This document shows positions 25,362-34,582 of a stretch of DNA of 42,301 nucleotides, in pieces; the stretch's first letter is position 1; each line of letters begins with the position of its first letter. The notes under the pieces are model-generated. The model had not been told where the DNA came from. It worked only from the letters and a program-made list of their open reading frames with translations, and did no database searches. This DNA comes from Betaproteobacteria bacterium (GTDB taxonomy: Bacteria; Pseudomonadota; Gammaproteobacteria; Burkholderiales; SG8-41). A program made the position numbers and the translations under genes. The stretch spans positions 1-42,301 of the forward strand of contig JAYWDM010000075.1 in the NCBI GenBank assembly GCA_043779885.1, given 5' to 3'.

Positions 25362-26750
25362 CTAGCGGATCGTGAACGTCAGCACGAAATCCCCGCGCAC
25401 GACGGTCAGCTGGAATGCGCGTTCGACGTTACGCATGGCGGCGAGAAACTCGGCGATATTGCGCACGCGTTGCCGGCTGATTGCCGCAATCACGTCGCCC
25501 GCGCGCAGTCCGTAACCGGCGGCAACGCTGCCGTTTTCAACCGCCACCACCAGCACGCCTTCGACGCGCGTCATTTGCGGGTTGCTGCGATCGATGTTGG
25601 CGATCTTGAGGCCGGCCAGTTGCGGTACGACCTGGCCGTCAACGGCGGCAGGGCCGCGCGGCGCCGCGATTTGCGTCTTGATGGTGAGCGGCTGGCCGTT
25701 GCGGTACGCGGTGAGTTCGATGTCCTCACCGATTGCAGTGAGGCCCAGCCGGTTGCGCAGGTCGTGGCCGCTCTTCACCGGCCGGCCGTTGAAAGCCAAT
25801 ACCACGTCGCCGCGGCGCAGTCCGGCTTTTTCGGCGGGCGAATCGGCTTGCACGTTGGCGATGATGGCGCCCTCGACCGTCGGTATTTTGAGCTTCGCTG
25901 CCGCGTCGAGCGTGAGATCTTCGATCTCCACGCCGAGGCGGCCGCGGCGAACTTCGCCGAAGCGCACGATCTGCTGCATGACCGCGCGCGCGATATTGAC
26001 CGGCACGGCGAAACCGATGCCGACATTGCCGCCAGTCGGGCCGATGATCGCCGTATTGATGCCTATCAGTTCGCCGCGCAGGCTGACCAGCGCGCCGCCG
26101 GAGTTGCCGGGATTGATCGATGCGTCGGTCTGCACGAAATCCTCGTAGCCCTGCAGGTTCAGTCCGGTGCGCCCCAGCGCGCTGACGATGCCGGAGGTCA
26201 CGGTCTGTCCCAGCCCGAACGGATTGCCGATGGCGACGACGAAATCGCCGACGCTCAACTGGTCGGAGTCGCCGAGCTTGAGTGCGGTCAGATTCGGCGC
26301 GTCGATTTTCAACACCGCGATATCGGTGGCGGGGTCGGTGCCGATGAGCTTCGCCTGGAACTGCCGCCGGTCCTTCAGCGTGACGATGACCTGCACGGCA
26401 TCTTTGATCACGTGGTGATTCGTCAGCACTATGCCCTGGCGCGCGTCGACGATGACGCCGGACCCGGCCGCGACTTCCTGCTGCGGGCCGTCGGGCACAT
26501 TGAAAAAACGGCGGAAGAACGGGTCGCGCAGGAGCGGGTTGTTTTCGAGCGCGGAGCGCGACTTGACCGAGATGTTGACCACGGCGGGCGTGACCTGGCT
26601 GACCAGCGGCGCGAGCGTCGGCATTCCCTGGCGGGAACTGTCCGGCAACGGTTGCGCCGCCGCGCCGCCCAGCGCAAACAGCGTAAGCAGCGCCGGCAGA
26701 ACGTGCCGCACGTGCGAACAGCGGCGGGCAGTGGCGGATAACCCGGGCAT
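25362..26750 (-). CDS. Do/DegP/DegQ family periplasmic serine endopeptidase
   Basis: Trypsin-like core with the GNSGGAL catalytic Ser motif and two PDZ domains. I chose ATG 26750 (MPGLSATARR… signal peptide). The longer track ORF runs into a repeat element. Confidence 0.9.
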   Translation of the reverse strand: MPGLSATARRCSHVRHVLPALLTLFALGGAAAQPLPDSSRQGMPTLAPLVSQVTPAVVNISVKSRSALENNPLLRDPFFRRFFNVPDGPQQEVAAGSGVIVDARQGIVLTNHHVIKDAVQVIVTLKDRRQFQAKLIGTDPATDIAVLKIDAPNLTALKLGDSDQLSVGDFVVAIGNPFGLGQTVTSGIVSALGRTGLNLQGYEDFVQTDASINPGNSGGALVSLRGELIGINTAIIGPTGGNVGIGFAVPVNIARAVMQQIVRFGEVRRGRLGVEIEDLTLDAAAKLKIPTVEGAIIANVQADSPAEKAGLRRGDVVLAFNGRPVKSGHDLRNRLGLTAIGEDIELTAYRNGQPLTIKTQIAAPRGPAAVDGQVVPQLAGLKIANIDRSNPQMTRVEGVLVVAVENGSVAAGYGLRAGDVIAAISRQRVRNIAEFLAAMRNVERAFQLTVVRGDFVLTFTIR

Positions 26751-26827
26751 GGCGATTTCCTGAACGAGAGGCGCTATTCTATTGAACATTGCATAAATGG
26801 GTGACAACCCATTTTCGCCTATAAACT

Positions 26828-26850
26828 CCCTTCTCCCTCTGGGAGAAGGG
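26828..26850. repeat. perfect 10-bp GC-rich hairpin (CCCTTCTCCC-TCT-GGGAGAAGGG), REP-like; possible terminator for the upstream minus-strand gene
   Basis: I read the hairpin directly; it is followed by CCGGGGGATGAGGG. On the minus strand it lies about 86 nt after the stop at 26936 and is followed by AGTTTAT. Confidence 0.5.
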
Positions 26851-26935
26851 CCGGGGGATGAGGGACTGAGCGTCAGGCATTTATGCAAAGCTCAGTAAAT
26901 TACCGCCGATCGCCGTAAAACCGCGGAACGACCGC

Positions 26936-28957
26936 TTACTTGAGGATGTGAAACAGATTGTTGAAGTCGTCGGTCCACAGCCGCAAGCCGGGAATAACGT
27001 CGATGGCGGTCGACTTCTGCGCAATGGCTTCCCGGGCGATGAGCGACTTGTCGCGGGTGACGATCACCCAGTCGGTTTTGGAAAGACTGGTTTCCTCCGC
27101 ATCATCGATAATCAGCGCGGTATACAGGCCGAGTTCGTCGGCAATCTGCTTGACGACCGGCGCGAGCTTCAAAAAACGGTTGGTCACATGAAACACGATG
27201 GCGCCCCCGGCTTTGACGTGATGCAGATATACCGCCATCGCTTCCCGGGTGATCAGGTGGACCGGAATGGAATCGCTGGAAAACGCGTCTACCGCCAGCA
27301 CGTCGAAGTCGTGCGGCGCTTCGCGCTCGAGACTCAGGCGCGCATCGCCCAGGCTGATTTCGATCTTGGCCTTGCTGTCTTTCAGAAAAGTAAATTCCGA
27401 CTGCGCAATGCCGACCACCTGCGGATTGATGTCGTAGAAATGGTAATGGTCGCCCGGCTTGCCCCACACCGCGAGCGTGCCGGTGCCAAGGCCGATGACG
27501 CCGACGCGCTGGTTTTGCTGTTCGGTGTTCTTGATGGCGATCGCGATACCGGAGTCGGGTCCGTAGTAGGTGGTCGGCTCGGCGCGGCGGTCAGGTTTGA
27601 GATACTGTTCGCCGTGCAGGATCACGCCGTGGATCAGGCGCCGCACGCCATCTTCGCTTGCCGCGGTTCCGATATCCTTGGTGCGCAGCGTGCCGTAAAA
27701 ATTGCGCACCATCACGCGCGTGTCTTCCTGCAACTGCTCGACCTGCTTGTTCCAGAAATGCCCGCATACGCCCGCCAGCGCCAGCGGGACGATCCAGACG
27801 AAGAACGGCTGTTTGCGCAGCGTCAGGGTGGCCAGTATCCCCGCCGCCACGAAACCCAGGCCGAGTTCGAAATAAGTCGGAAAAATGCGCGGGGCGATCA
27901 GGCCGACAAACAGGCCGCCCAGAGCGCCGCCGAGCGACACCATCAGATAAAAGCGCGTAAGGTAGCGCGACGCCGGGCGCATTTTCGCCAGTTCCCCATG
28001 AAAAAACATGCAGAACATGAAAAGTCCTGTCAGATACAGCGGGACGGCGATCTTGATGTCGAGCGTCACATCGGTGGTCTGCAGGCCCCACGCGCAGAAC
28101 CCGAGAGTCACCGCCGTCGGACCGAGCAACCATGAGCGCTGGTACCAGCCGTCGCTTTCGAAGCACAAAATGAAAGTCAGCAGGTACAGCGTGAGCGGCA
28201 CCAGCCACAGGAACGGAATCGAGGCGATGTTCTGCGTGATGTGGTTGGTGATCGCCAGTAACATCCAGGACCCCATCGCCGACAGCGCGAGCCACAGAAA
28301 GAGGTCGAAGCGGCTGGGCGACGGCGCCGCCTCAGGCGCGGGGGACGCAGGCGCGCCCGCGGCCGCTTCCGCGTTGGCCTTGCGCAAACCGTATAGCGCG
28401 GACGCCATGCACAGCAGTGCAAACGACGCATAGCCGATCGACCAGGATTGCGCCTGCGCCGCGGTGGTAATCCAGGGCTCAAATGCAAACGGGTATGCGA
28501 TCAGCGCGACCATCGATGCGAAGTTCGACAGCGCGAACAGGCGATAGACCGTGCCCCGCGGGAACGTGCGCGCAAACCACGCCTGCACCAGCGGGCCCGT
28601 GGTCGCAAGCAGGAAATAGGGCGGCCCGATGGTGAGCACGAGCAGACCGAGGATGCGCAGCCCCGGATCCTCGTCGCCGGCGGGTTTCCAGCCGGCGTCG
28701 GGAATGATCGGCAGTACGGCGAGACTCGCCGCAAGCAGCGCGATATGCAGCATCGCCTGCGCGCGTGGCGTCAGCCTGCGCGTTGTAAAGTCCGCATACG
28801 CATAGCCTGCGAGCAGCGCCACCTGGAAGAACACCAGGCACGTCGTCCAGACCGCGGCCGACCCGCCGAACCACGGCAGGATTTCCTTGGCGATGATGGG
28901 TTGGACCAGAAACAGCAGGAATGCGCTTGCGAAAATGGTACAAGCGAAAAGCGGCAT
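26936..28957 (-). CDS. fused polytopic membrane domain / spermidine synthase-like protein
   Basis: The N-terminal region of about 450 aa is multi-TM. The C-terminus has a SpeE-like Rossmann region (VGVIGLGTGTLA…FYDINP…LAVDAFSSDSIPVHL). I preferred ATG 28957 (MPLFACTIFASAFLL…). Confidence 0.7.
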   Translation of the reverse strand: MPLFACTIFASAFLLFLVQPIIAKEILPWFGGSAAVWTTCLVFFQVALLAGYAYADFTTRRLTPRAQAMLHIALLAASLAVLPIIPDAGWKPAGDEDPGLRILGLLVLTIGPPYFLLATTGPLVQAWFARTFPRGTVYRLFALSNFASMVALIAYPFAFEPWITTAAQAQSWSIGYASFALLCMASALYGLRKANAEAAAGAPASPAPEAAPSPSRFDLFLWLALSAMGSWMLLAITNHITQNIASIPFLWLVPLTLYLLTFILCFESDGWYQRSWLLGPTAVTLGFCAWGLQTTDVTLDIKIAVPLYLTGLFMFCMFFHGELAKMRPASRYLTRFYLMVSLGGALGGLFVGLIAPRIFPTYFELGLGFVAAGILATLTLRKQPFFVWIVPLALAGVCGHFWNKQVEQLQEDTRVMVRNFYGTLRTKDIGTAASEDGVRRLIHGVILHGEQYLKPDRRAEPTTYYGPDSGIAIAIKNTEQQNQRVGVIGLGTGTLAVWGKPGDHYHFYDINPQVVGIAQSEFTFLKDSKAKIEISLGDARLSLEREAPHDFDVLAVDAFSSDSIPVHLITREAMAVYLHHVKAGGAIVFHVTNRFLKLAPVVKQIADELGLYTALIIDDAEETSLSKTDWVIVTRDKSLIAREAIAQKSTAIDVIPGLRLWTDDFNNLFHILK

Positions 28958-29021
28958 GAAGTAAATTGTGCTTGGTCGGGAAAGCGATATTATAGCGGCC
29001 CAACCGAGTGCGGATGATTTA

Positions 29022-29468
29022 ATGATGAGAATTAACCTTCGATTGCTGATCTGTTGCGTGCTGCTGGTTGCCGCGGGCAACGCGGCGGCGGAAAGCTACG
29101 AGGTGGGGCAGGTGTGGAGCTACAAGACGCGGCCGCAGGAGCCGAACTCGACGCTGATGATACTGCGCGTTGACAACAGCAGCGGCAAACTGGGCACGGT
29201 CATCTTCATCGGGCTCAAGGAGTTGCGGGTTCAGCATCCCACCGGCAAAGTGTTTCCTTCGATGAGCCCGCTGCCTTTCACCAAGGAGGCGCTCGATCGG
29301 AGCGTCATCAAGCTGGTCGGCAAAACGGACCAGCTCATGCCGTCGAATTTCGGCTACTCGAAATGGCAGGAGGCGCTGCGCCAGGGCAGGACTCCGCCGA
29401 CCTACGCCCGGACGGTGGCGGAGGTGGTGAACGGCCTGGAAAACGGCTATATCGGCATTCCCCAATAG
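29022..29468 (+). CDS. secreted hypothetical protein
   Basis: Signal peptide MMRINLRLLICCVLLVAAGNAAA. 148 aa with no motif I recognise. It is divergent from the spermidine-synthase-like gene. Confidence 0.5.
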   Translation: MMRINLRLLICCVLLVAAGNAAAESYEVGQVWSYKTRPQEPNSTLMILRVDNSSGKLGTVIFIGLKELRVQHPTGKVFPSMSPLPFTKEALDRSVIKLVGKTDQLMPSNFGYSKWQEALRQGRTPPTYARTVAEVVNGLENGYIGIPQ

Positions 29469-29543
29469 CGAGCGCGGCTCGTCGCCAGGCATTTACCCGG
29501 CGCGGAAGCTGGATTAGCAGTTTGTTGAAAAACACCTCATGTT

Positions 29544-29661
29544 GTCATTACGGTGAGCCGTCAGCCGCGAGCATAGCGTGGCGGTCAGCGCGGCAATCTC
29601 GTATTTTGCGCAATCAACGAGTGACGAGATTGCTTCGTCGCCTTTGGCTCCTCGCAATGAC
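29544..29661. repeat. REP/MITE-like nested-palindrome element, copy B
   Basis: The outer inverted repeat is GTCATTACG…CGCAATGAC. The inner perfect 9-bp inverted repeat is GCAATCTCG (29593-29601) / CGAGATTGC (29625-29633). The right arm GATTGCTTCGTCGCCTTTGGCTCCTCGCAATGAC is the canonical form of this widespread family. Confidence 0.7.
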
Positions 29662-29802
29662 AGTCTCTGCCGATTTTCAACAAACTGGCAAAGGGCAGCC
29701 TTGGATTTTATCTGCGTGTATCTGCGGCTCGCTATTGTTTTCGTATTTTCAAGATAGGTCATTTCTAAATCATATTTGTGTATTTACCGGCGCTGATAAC
29801 CG

Positions 29803-30894
29803 ATGATGACCGAGGCTGATCGCGAATTCATGGCGCGCGCACTGCGACTGGCGGAGCGCGGTCTTTATACAACAACGCCCAATCCGCGCGTCGGCTGTGT
29901 GATCGTGCATGATGGCGTGGTGGTCGGCGAGGGCTGGCACGAGCGGGCCGGTGGTCCGCATGCGGAAATCGTGGCGCTGCTGGCCGCGCGCGACCGCGCG
30001 CGCGGCGCGACCGTCTACGTGACGCTGGAACCCTGTCATCATCAAGGCCGCACTCCACCCTGCGATGAGGCATTGGTTGCGGCCGGCGTCGCGCGGGTCG
30101 TGACGGCGATGCGTGACCCCGATCCGCGTACCGCCGGACAGGGCATGGAGCGGCTCAAAGGGGCGGGCATTATGGTATTGAGCGGCGTGCTTGAAGACGA
30201 GGCGCGCGGGCTCAACATCGGATTTGTGTCGCGCGCAACGCGCGGGCGGCCATGGACGCGCATGAAAATCGCGGCCAGCCTCGACGGCAAGACGGCATTG
30301 CTGAACGGTGCAAGCCAATGGATCACGGGCGAGCAGGCGCGCAATGACGGGCATCACTGGCGTGCGCGCGCATGCGCGGTGTTGACCGGGATCGGTACGG
30401 TGCTCGATGATGACCCGCGCCTGACCGTGCGCGCGGTCGCGACGTCGCGCCAGCCGTTGCGTGTGGTGATCGACAGCCGCTTGGAAACGCCGCCCGCTGC
30501 GCGCATACTGGAAGGCGGCGGCACGCTGATCGTCTGCGCGGTTGCCGACACCGCGAAAGCCGCACGACTGCGGGACATGGGCGCTGAGGTTGTCGCGTTG
30601 CCCAATGCGGCAGGCAAGGTCGAACTGCCCGCATTGATGCAGGAATTGGGCCGGCGCGGCGTGAATGAACTCCACGTTGAAGCCGGCCCCAAACTCAATG
30701 GCTCTTTGATTGGCGAAGGCTGTGTCGATGAACTCCTGCTATACCTTGCACCGTGTCTCATTGGCGACCGGGCGGCTGGCATGGCCAACCTGCCGGAACT
30801 TGCCGATCTTGCCGGAAAATGCGCGCTCACGATCAGTGACACCCGGATGATCGGCGGCGACATTCGTATCATCGCGCGGGTGGAGCCCGGGTAA
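29803..30894 (+). CDS. ribD: bifunctional diaminohydroxyphosphoribosylaminopyrimidine deaminase / 5-amino-6-(5-phosphoribosylamino)uracil reductase
   Basis: CMP/dCMP deaminase zinc motif (HAE…PC…C) plus a RibD C-terminal reductase domain. Operon context. Confidence 0.9.
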   Translation: MMTEADREFMARALRLAERGLYTTTPNPRVGCVIVHDGVVVGEGWHERAGGPHAEIVALLAARDRARGATVYVTLEPCHHQGRTPPCDEALVAAGVARVVTAMRDPDPRTAGQGMERLKGAGIMVLSGVLEDEARGLNIGFVSRATRGRPWTRMKIAASLDGKTALLNGASQWITGEQARNDGHHWRARACAVLTGIGTVLDDDPRLTVRAVATSRQPLRVVIDSRLETPPAARILEGGGTLIVCAVADTAKAARLRDMGAEVVALPNAAGKVELPALMQELGRRGVNELHVEAGPKLNGSLIGEGCVDELLLYLAPCLIGDRAAGMANLPELADLAGKCALTISDTRMIGGDIRIIARVEPG

Positions 30895-30896
30895 GC

Positions 30897-31487
30897 ATGT
30901 TTACCGGGATCATCGCGGCGGTCGGCCGCATGCATGAAGTTACTCCCGCCGCCGGGGGTGCGCGCCTCGCCATCGGCACGGGCGAACTGGATCTGTCCGA
31001 CGTGAAGATCGGCGACAGCATCGCGGTCAACGGCGTGTGCCTGACGGTGGTGACGCTCGGGAAGGCGCGGCTTGATTTCGACGTTTCGCTCGAGACGCTG
31101 AATTGCACGACGGGATTTACGCAAGGCGCGTCGGTGAACCTCGAAAAATCGCTGCGTCTGGCGGATCGCCTCGGCGGCCATCTGGTGAGCGGACACGTCG
31201 ATGGCGTCGGTAGCGTGGTGCGGTTCGCGGAAGCGGGTGACAATCGCTCGCTTGAGATCGAAGCACCGCGCGAGCTGGCACGATACGTCGCGCGCAAAGG
31301 CTCCATCGCAATAGATGGAGTAAGCCTTACGGTCAATGAGGTGAACGGTCCGCGGTTCAGCGTCAACGTGATCCCGCACACGTTAGCCGCGACCAATCTG
31401 CACCAACTGGCGGCAGACGCGCGAGTAAATATTGAAGTCGATTTATTGGCGCGTTACGTTGAACGCATATTTGAGGCGTCCAGGTAA
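30897..31487 (+). CDS. ribE: riboflavin synthase
   Basis: MFTGIIAAVG N-terminus and two lumazine-binding repeats (…GDSIAVNGVCLTV… / …GSIAIDGVSLTV…). Confidence 0.9.
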   Translation: MFTGIIAAVGRMHEVTPAAGGARLAIGTGELDLSDVKIGDSIAVNGVCLTVVTLGKARLDFDVSLETLNCTTGFTQGASVNLEKSLRLADRLGGHLVSGHVDGVGSVVRFAEAGDNRSLEIEAPRELARYVARKGSIAIDGVSLTVNEVNGPRFSVNVIPHTLAATNLHQLAADARVNIEVDLLARYVERIFEASR

Positions 31488-31535
31488 GTGCGGCCCGCCG
31501 GTCGCCAGTGTGCCCGCCGCAGTGCGGTGGATGCG

Positions 31536-31916
31536 CTAGTCACCCCTGCGCGGCAATTCCACTGCGAATTTGGAGTCCTTCACGACGTCGCCCTTAAAGG
31601 TGACGATGAGACGTTTTTGCGATCCCTGGTCCAGAGTTTCCGGATCGGGGTCGCCGAACAAATCCGAAATATTGTAGCCAAACAAGGTCTTGCCTACATA
31701 GTACGCATAAGTCCAAGTTTCCTCGTCCGCCGCTCGCCTCAACAGAGCCGGACGCCCCAGCTTTTCGCGAACCTCGTTCTTGGTTGTTTCCCCGGGCTTG
31801 ATCTGCTGGGCATAGACGTCATCGAAATTGCGCCCCAGTCTGGTTGCGCAGGCGCTCAACGCAATGGCCAGGAGTATCGCAGTGCAAACTTTCGCCGCAT
31901 CAATCGCCTTGATCAT
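31536..31916 (-). CDS. BamE/SmpA-OmlA-like outer membrane lipoprotein
   Basis: ATG 31916 is preceded by GGAGAGGAG. Lipobox LSAC. 'IKPGETTKNEVREKLGRP' resembles the BamE core motif. It lies in a low-GC region. Confidence 0.55.
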   Translation of the reverse strand: MIKAIDAAKVCTAILLAIALSACATRLGRNFDDVYAQQIKPGETTKNEVREKLGRPALLRRAADEETWTYAYYVGKTLFGYNISDLFGDPDPETLDQGSQKRLIVTFKGDVVKDSKFAVELPRRGD

Positions 31917-32242
31917 TTTTGCTCCTCTCCGCAACACCAGTGCGGCAATTATCGTTAATAATATCATTCTAACCCAAACCGGCAAGTTCGCGGCTGCGCC
32001 CTGCAAAATATCCGAATTGTTCCATGGAATTTCATGGGGTTGAGTGAAGAGGGCAAGCACTTTTCATGCGGCGACGCTAGTTGACGGCGCCACTCGTATC
32101 GACAACCCTGATACTTGGCTGGAGCGCGCAGCGCGCCGGCCAGGATGGTGTCCGATTTCGGCGCCGGATTGTCTTCATGCATGATCTCAACCGGTTATAT
32201 CGGCATGTTTCCCGGTATGTTAAGCGACGCCGTATGGAATGC

Positions 32243-32434
32243 TTAAGTGTCCTTTGCATGGTCGGCATCCGGCAACTCTCTTGGCCTGATACCCGACGGT
32301 CCGGTGCTCGGTGAAGCGAATCGCTTCCTGCCCGTAAACGCAAAGTGTCCCACCCAGAGTGCGGTGGCGATGCCATACCACCACCAATCCATGTCGAAGT
32401 TATAGATCAGAAGGCAGGAGATGAACAGCGTCAT
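32243..32434 (-). CDS. possible small Trp-rich membrane protein (weak)
   Basis: 63-aa ORF with a hydrophobic N-terminus. No convincing RBS. Confidence 0.2.
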   Translation of the reverse strand: MTLFISCLLIYNFDMDWWWYGIATALWVGHFAFTGRKRFASPSTGPSGIRPRELPDADHAKDT

Positions 32435-32498
32435 GGTGGCGTCTGCATTTCATCCGCTCGATGCAGAGTTCCGTCGATGAGCGGCAGCATTGAATCAA

Positions 32499-32870
32499 TC
32501 AGTTGCTTTCCAGCCAGCCCAGGGCGTCTTTCCGGACGTTGAACGTTTGCAGCATGATGCCGCGGTTGATGGCGACGCATTCCCTGAATGACGCGTTGGG
32601 GCCGATGGGCCGCCCCGTGACGAGATGCGAAATTCTCACGCCTCCCATGCCGCGGGCGAGCGCATACGTCCACACGGCGCGGATGCTTTCCAGCGCCATG
32701 TCGTCTTCCGGCGCCACGACCTCCAGCAGGACTTTGCGTTTTGAATGTTTACGGATCGCGCACGCGACTTTTTCCAGCAGGTTGATCCAGAAAGAGGGAT
32801 TGACGATTTCCGTTTTTGCCATCACCTCGACGTAATCGCCGCGGGGTTCAATTTGAATCTCGGTTGTCAT
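32499..32870 (-). CDS. hypothetical protein, possibly STAS/SpoIIAA-like fold
   Basis: 123 aa with an AGGTG RBS 8 nt upstream. Alternating beta/alpha pattern ending '…FNVRKDALGWLESN', reminiscent of SpoIIAA-like/DUF3478 proteins. Low-GC region. Confidence 0.45.
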   Translation of the reverse strand: MTTEIQIEPRGDYVEVMAKTEIVNPSFWINLLEKVACAIRKHSKRKVLLEVVAPEDDMALESIRAVWTYALARGMGGVRISHLVTGRPIGPNASFRECVAINRGIMLQTFNVRKDALGWLESN

Positions 32871-32984
32871 AAGGTCACACCTGATTGTGTTGATTCATGA
32901 TTTGAGACGTTTGCTCCACATCCTGTAGTGCAATCACGATTGGTCAGCGCTTCGCGCGACCAGGGCGTGCCGGCCACGGCCAGG

Positions 32985-33134
32985 CTAGCCATACATGACA
33001 AATGCGAAAATTATCAATGCGACAATAAATGCCACGCCATCAGCATCGGCCTTGCTGACGCCAACGAAAGAAAGCGCGTGGGTGACCACGAACAACGTCG
33101 CGATGAAGCTCGCGATGCCGAAGATCGGACGCAT
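32985..33134 (-). CDS. possible small two-TM membrane protein (weak)
   Basis: MRPIFGIASFIATLFVVTHALSFVGVSKADADGVAFIVALIIFAFVMYG forms two hydrophobic helices. The start is ambiguous (33134 or 33176). Confidence 0.3.
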   Translation of the reverse strand: MRPIFGIASFIATLFVVTHALSFVGVSKADADGVAFIVALIIFAFVMYG

Positions 33135-33472
33135 CAGGCGTCCGCCACGGCTGTCAGTCTGCCAAATTGTTCTCATTTTCCGCGCTCATCGTCCCCGCAA
33201 GCGGGTAGTACCTCGTTTGAAACGCAAGATGTGTGCCAGTTTTCCTGTCTGCGGCAGGGGGCAATGGCGTCCCTGAGCAGCGGCGAGGGCAGGAACGGGA
33301 ACGTCATTTCGTATGCCGGAATCCAGCGCGTTCGATCGCCTGGATACCGGCTTCGCGCCGGTGTTACGGACTTGATCAGACCTTCTTTAGGGCGGGATTC
33401 TCCGGGCTGCTATCATTGCGCAAGCGTCGCGCGCGGCGTTGAGCATTTTTTTCAAGGAAAAGAGCACCCAAC

Positions 33473-34573
33473 ATGGCCGTCAGCCCAACCACCGAAGTCA
33501 TCGCCGACCTGCGTGACGGCAAGATGGTGATCCTCGTCGATGAGGAAGATCGCGAAAACGAGGGCGATCTTGTGCTCGCGGCGGATTTCGTCACGCCGGA
33601 GGCGATCAACTTTATGGCGCGGTACGGGCGCGGGCTGATCTGCCTTACGCTCACGGAGCGTAAGTGCGTGAGCCTCAATCTGCCGCCCATGGTTACCAAC
33701 AACAGTTCACCGCTCGGTACGAATTTCACCGTGTCGATCGAAGCCGCGGAAGGCGTGACCACGGGCATTTCCGCTGCCGATCGCGCCCGCACGGTGCGGG
33801 CAGCGGTGCGCGCCGATGCGGGGCCCGCGGATATCGTGCAGCCCGGGCATATTTTTCCGCTGATGGCGCAGAACGGCGGCGTGCTGGTGCGCGCCGGCCA
33901 CACCGAGGCGGGCTGCGATCTTGCGCAACTCGCGGGCGTCACACCCGCCGCTGTGATCTGCGAGATACTCAAGGACGACGGCGAAATGGCGCGGCTGCCG
34001 GACCTCGTCGAGTTCGGCAAGCAGCATGGCCTGAAGATCGGCACCATCGCCGACCTGATTCATCACCGCAGCCGCACCGAGTCGCTGGTAAGCCGTGTAT
34101 CCGAGCGTGACATCGAGACCGTGCATGGAAAATTCCGGCTCGTCGTCTATTGCGACAAGATCGGGCAGGCGACGCATCTCGCGCTGGTTAAAGGCCGCAT
34201 CGAACCGGACAGTGAAGTGCTGGTGCGCGTACATGAGCCGCTGTCGGTGATCGATTTGCTGGACGTCAGGAGCGCCAGCCATTCGTGGAACTTCAATCAG
34301 GCGCTGGCGGCGGTGAGCCGCGCCGAATGCGGCGTGATCGTGCTCCTGCACCGGCCCGAATCGGCCGCCGACCTCATCGAACGCGCCCAGCCGGGGGCGA
34401 TTCCGGTGCTGCAAAAAAATGCGCTTCGCACCTACGGCATCGGCGCGCAGATCCTGCGCGATCTGAAGGTCACGAAAATGCGCTTGCTCGCAAAGCAACG
34501 TAGAATGCCGAGCATGGCGGGATTCGATCTGCAGGTGACCGGGTACCTGGATCCGGAAGACGGCGTTAAATAG
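33473..34573 (+). CDS. ribBA: 3,4-dihydroxy-2-butanone-4-phosphate synthase fused to a degenerate GTP cyclohydrolase II-like domain (RibBX type)
   Basis: The N-terminal DHBPS motifs are intact ([11 protein letters not shown]…HTEA). In the C-terminal RibA-like domain the three Zn-binding Cys positions are lost: '[21 protein letters not shown]' against E. coli '[21 protein letters not shown]'. Confidence 0.85.
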   Translation: MAVSPTTEVIADLRDGKMVILVDEEDRENEGDLVLAADFVTPEAINFMARYGRGLICLTLTERKCVSLNLPPMVTNNSSPLGTNFTVSIEAAEGVTTGISAADRARTVRAAVRADAGPADIVQPGHIFPLMAQNGGVLVRAGHTEAGCDLAQLAGVTPAAVICEILKDDGEMARLPDLVEFGKQHGLKIGTIADLIHHRSRTESLVSRVSERDIETVHGKFRLVVYCDKIGQATHLALVKGRIEPDSEVLVRVHEPLSVIDLLDVRSASHSWNFNQALAAVSRAECGVIVLLHRPESAADLIERAQPGAIPVLQKNALRTYGIGAQILRDLKVTKMRLLAKQRRMPSMAGFDLQVTGYLDPEDGVK

Positions 34574-34582
34574 AGTACACGC

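Noticed and set aside
26751-26888. N-terminal 46-aa extension of the DegP ORF (start at 26888)
   Set aside because: The extension runs through the GC hairpin repeat and lacks a signal peptide. The internal ATG at 26750 gives a normal signal peptide and the normal DegP length.
29514-29762. 82-aa minus-strand ORF (…SLRGAKGDEAISS…AHRNDN…)
   Set aside because: It is a translation artefact of the palindromic repeat element. The same applies to 24309-24497(-).
29469-29802. FMN riboswitch or nrdR upstream of ribD
   Set aside because: The region is occupied by the REP/MITE-like element. It has no RFN core motifs and no nrdR-like zinc-ribbon/ATP-cone ORF.
33177-33472. Possible FMN (RFN) riboswitch in the 296-nt region upstream of ribBA
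   Set aside because: I could not find the conserved RFN blocks on either strand (AGGGCGGGG..GAAATTCCCC..ACCGGCGGT, AGCCCGCGA, GCCGACGGT..AGTCCGGATG..GAGA). There are only vague resemblances such as TTAGGGCGGGATTCTCC. An Infernal scan would settle it.
32928-33530. 200-aa plus-strand ORF spanning the ribBA upstream region and the ribBA start
   Set aside because: It overlaps the well-supported ribBA start in another frame. Its composition is Ser/Arg/Cys-rich with no motif and no RBS.
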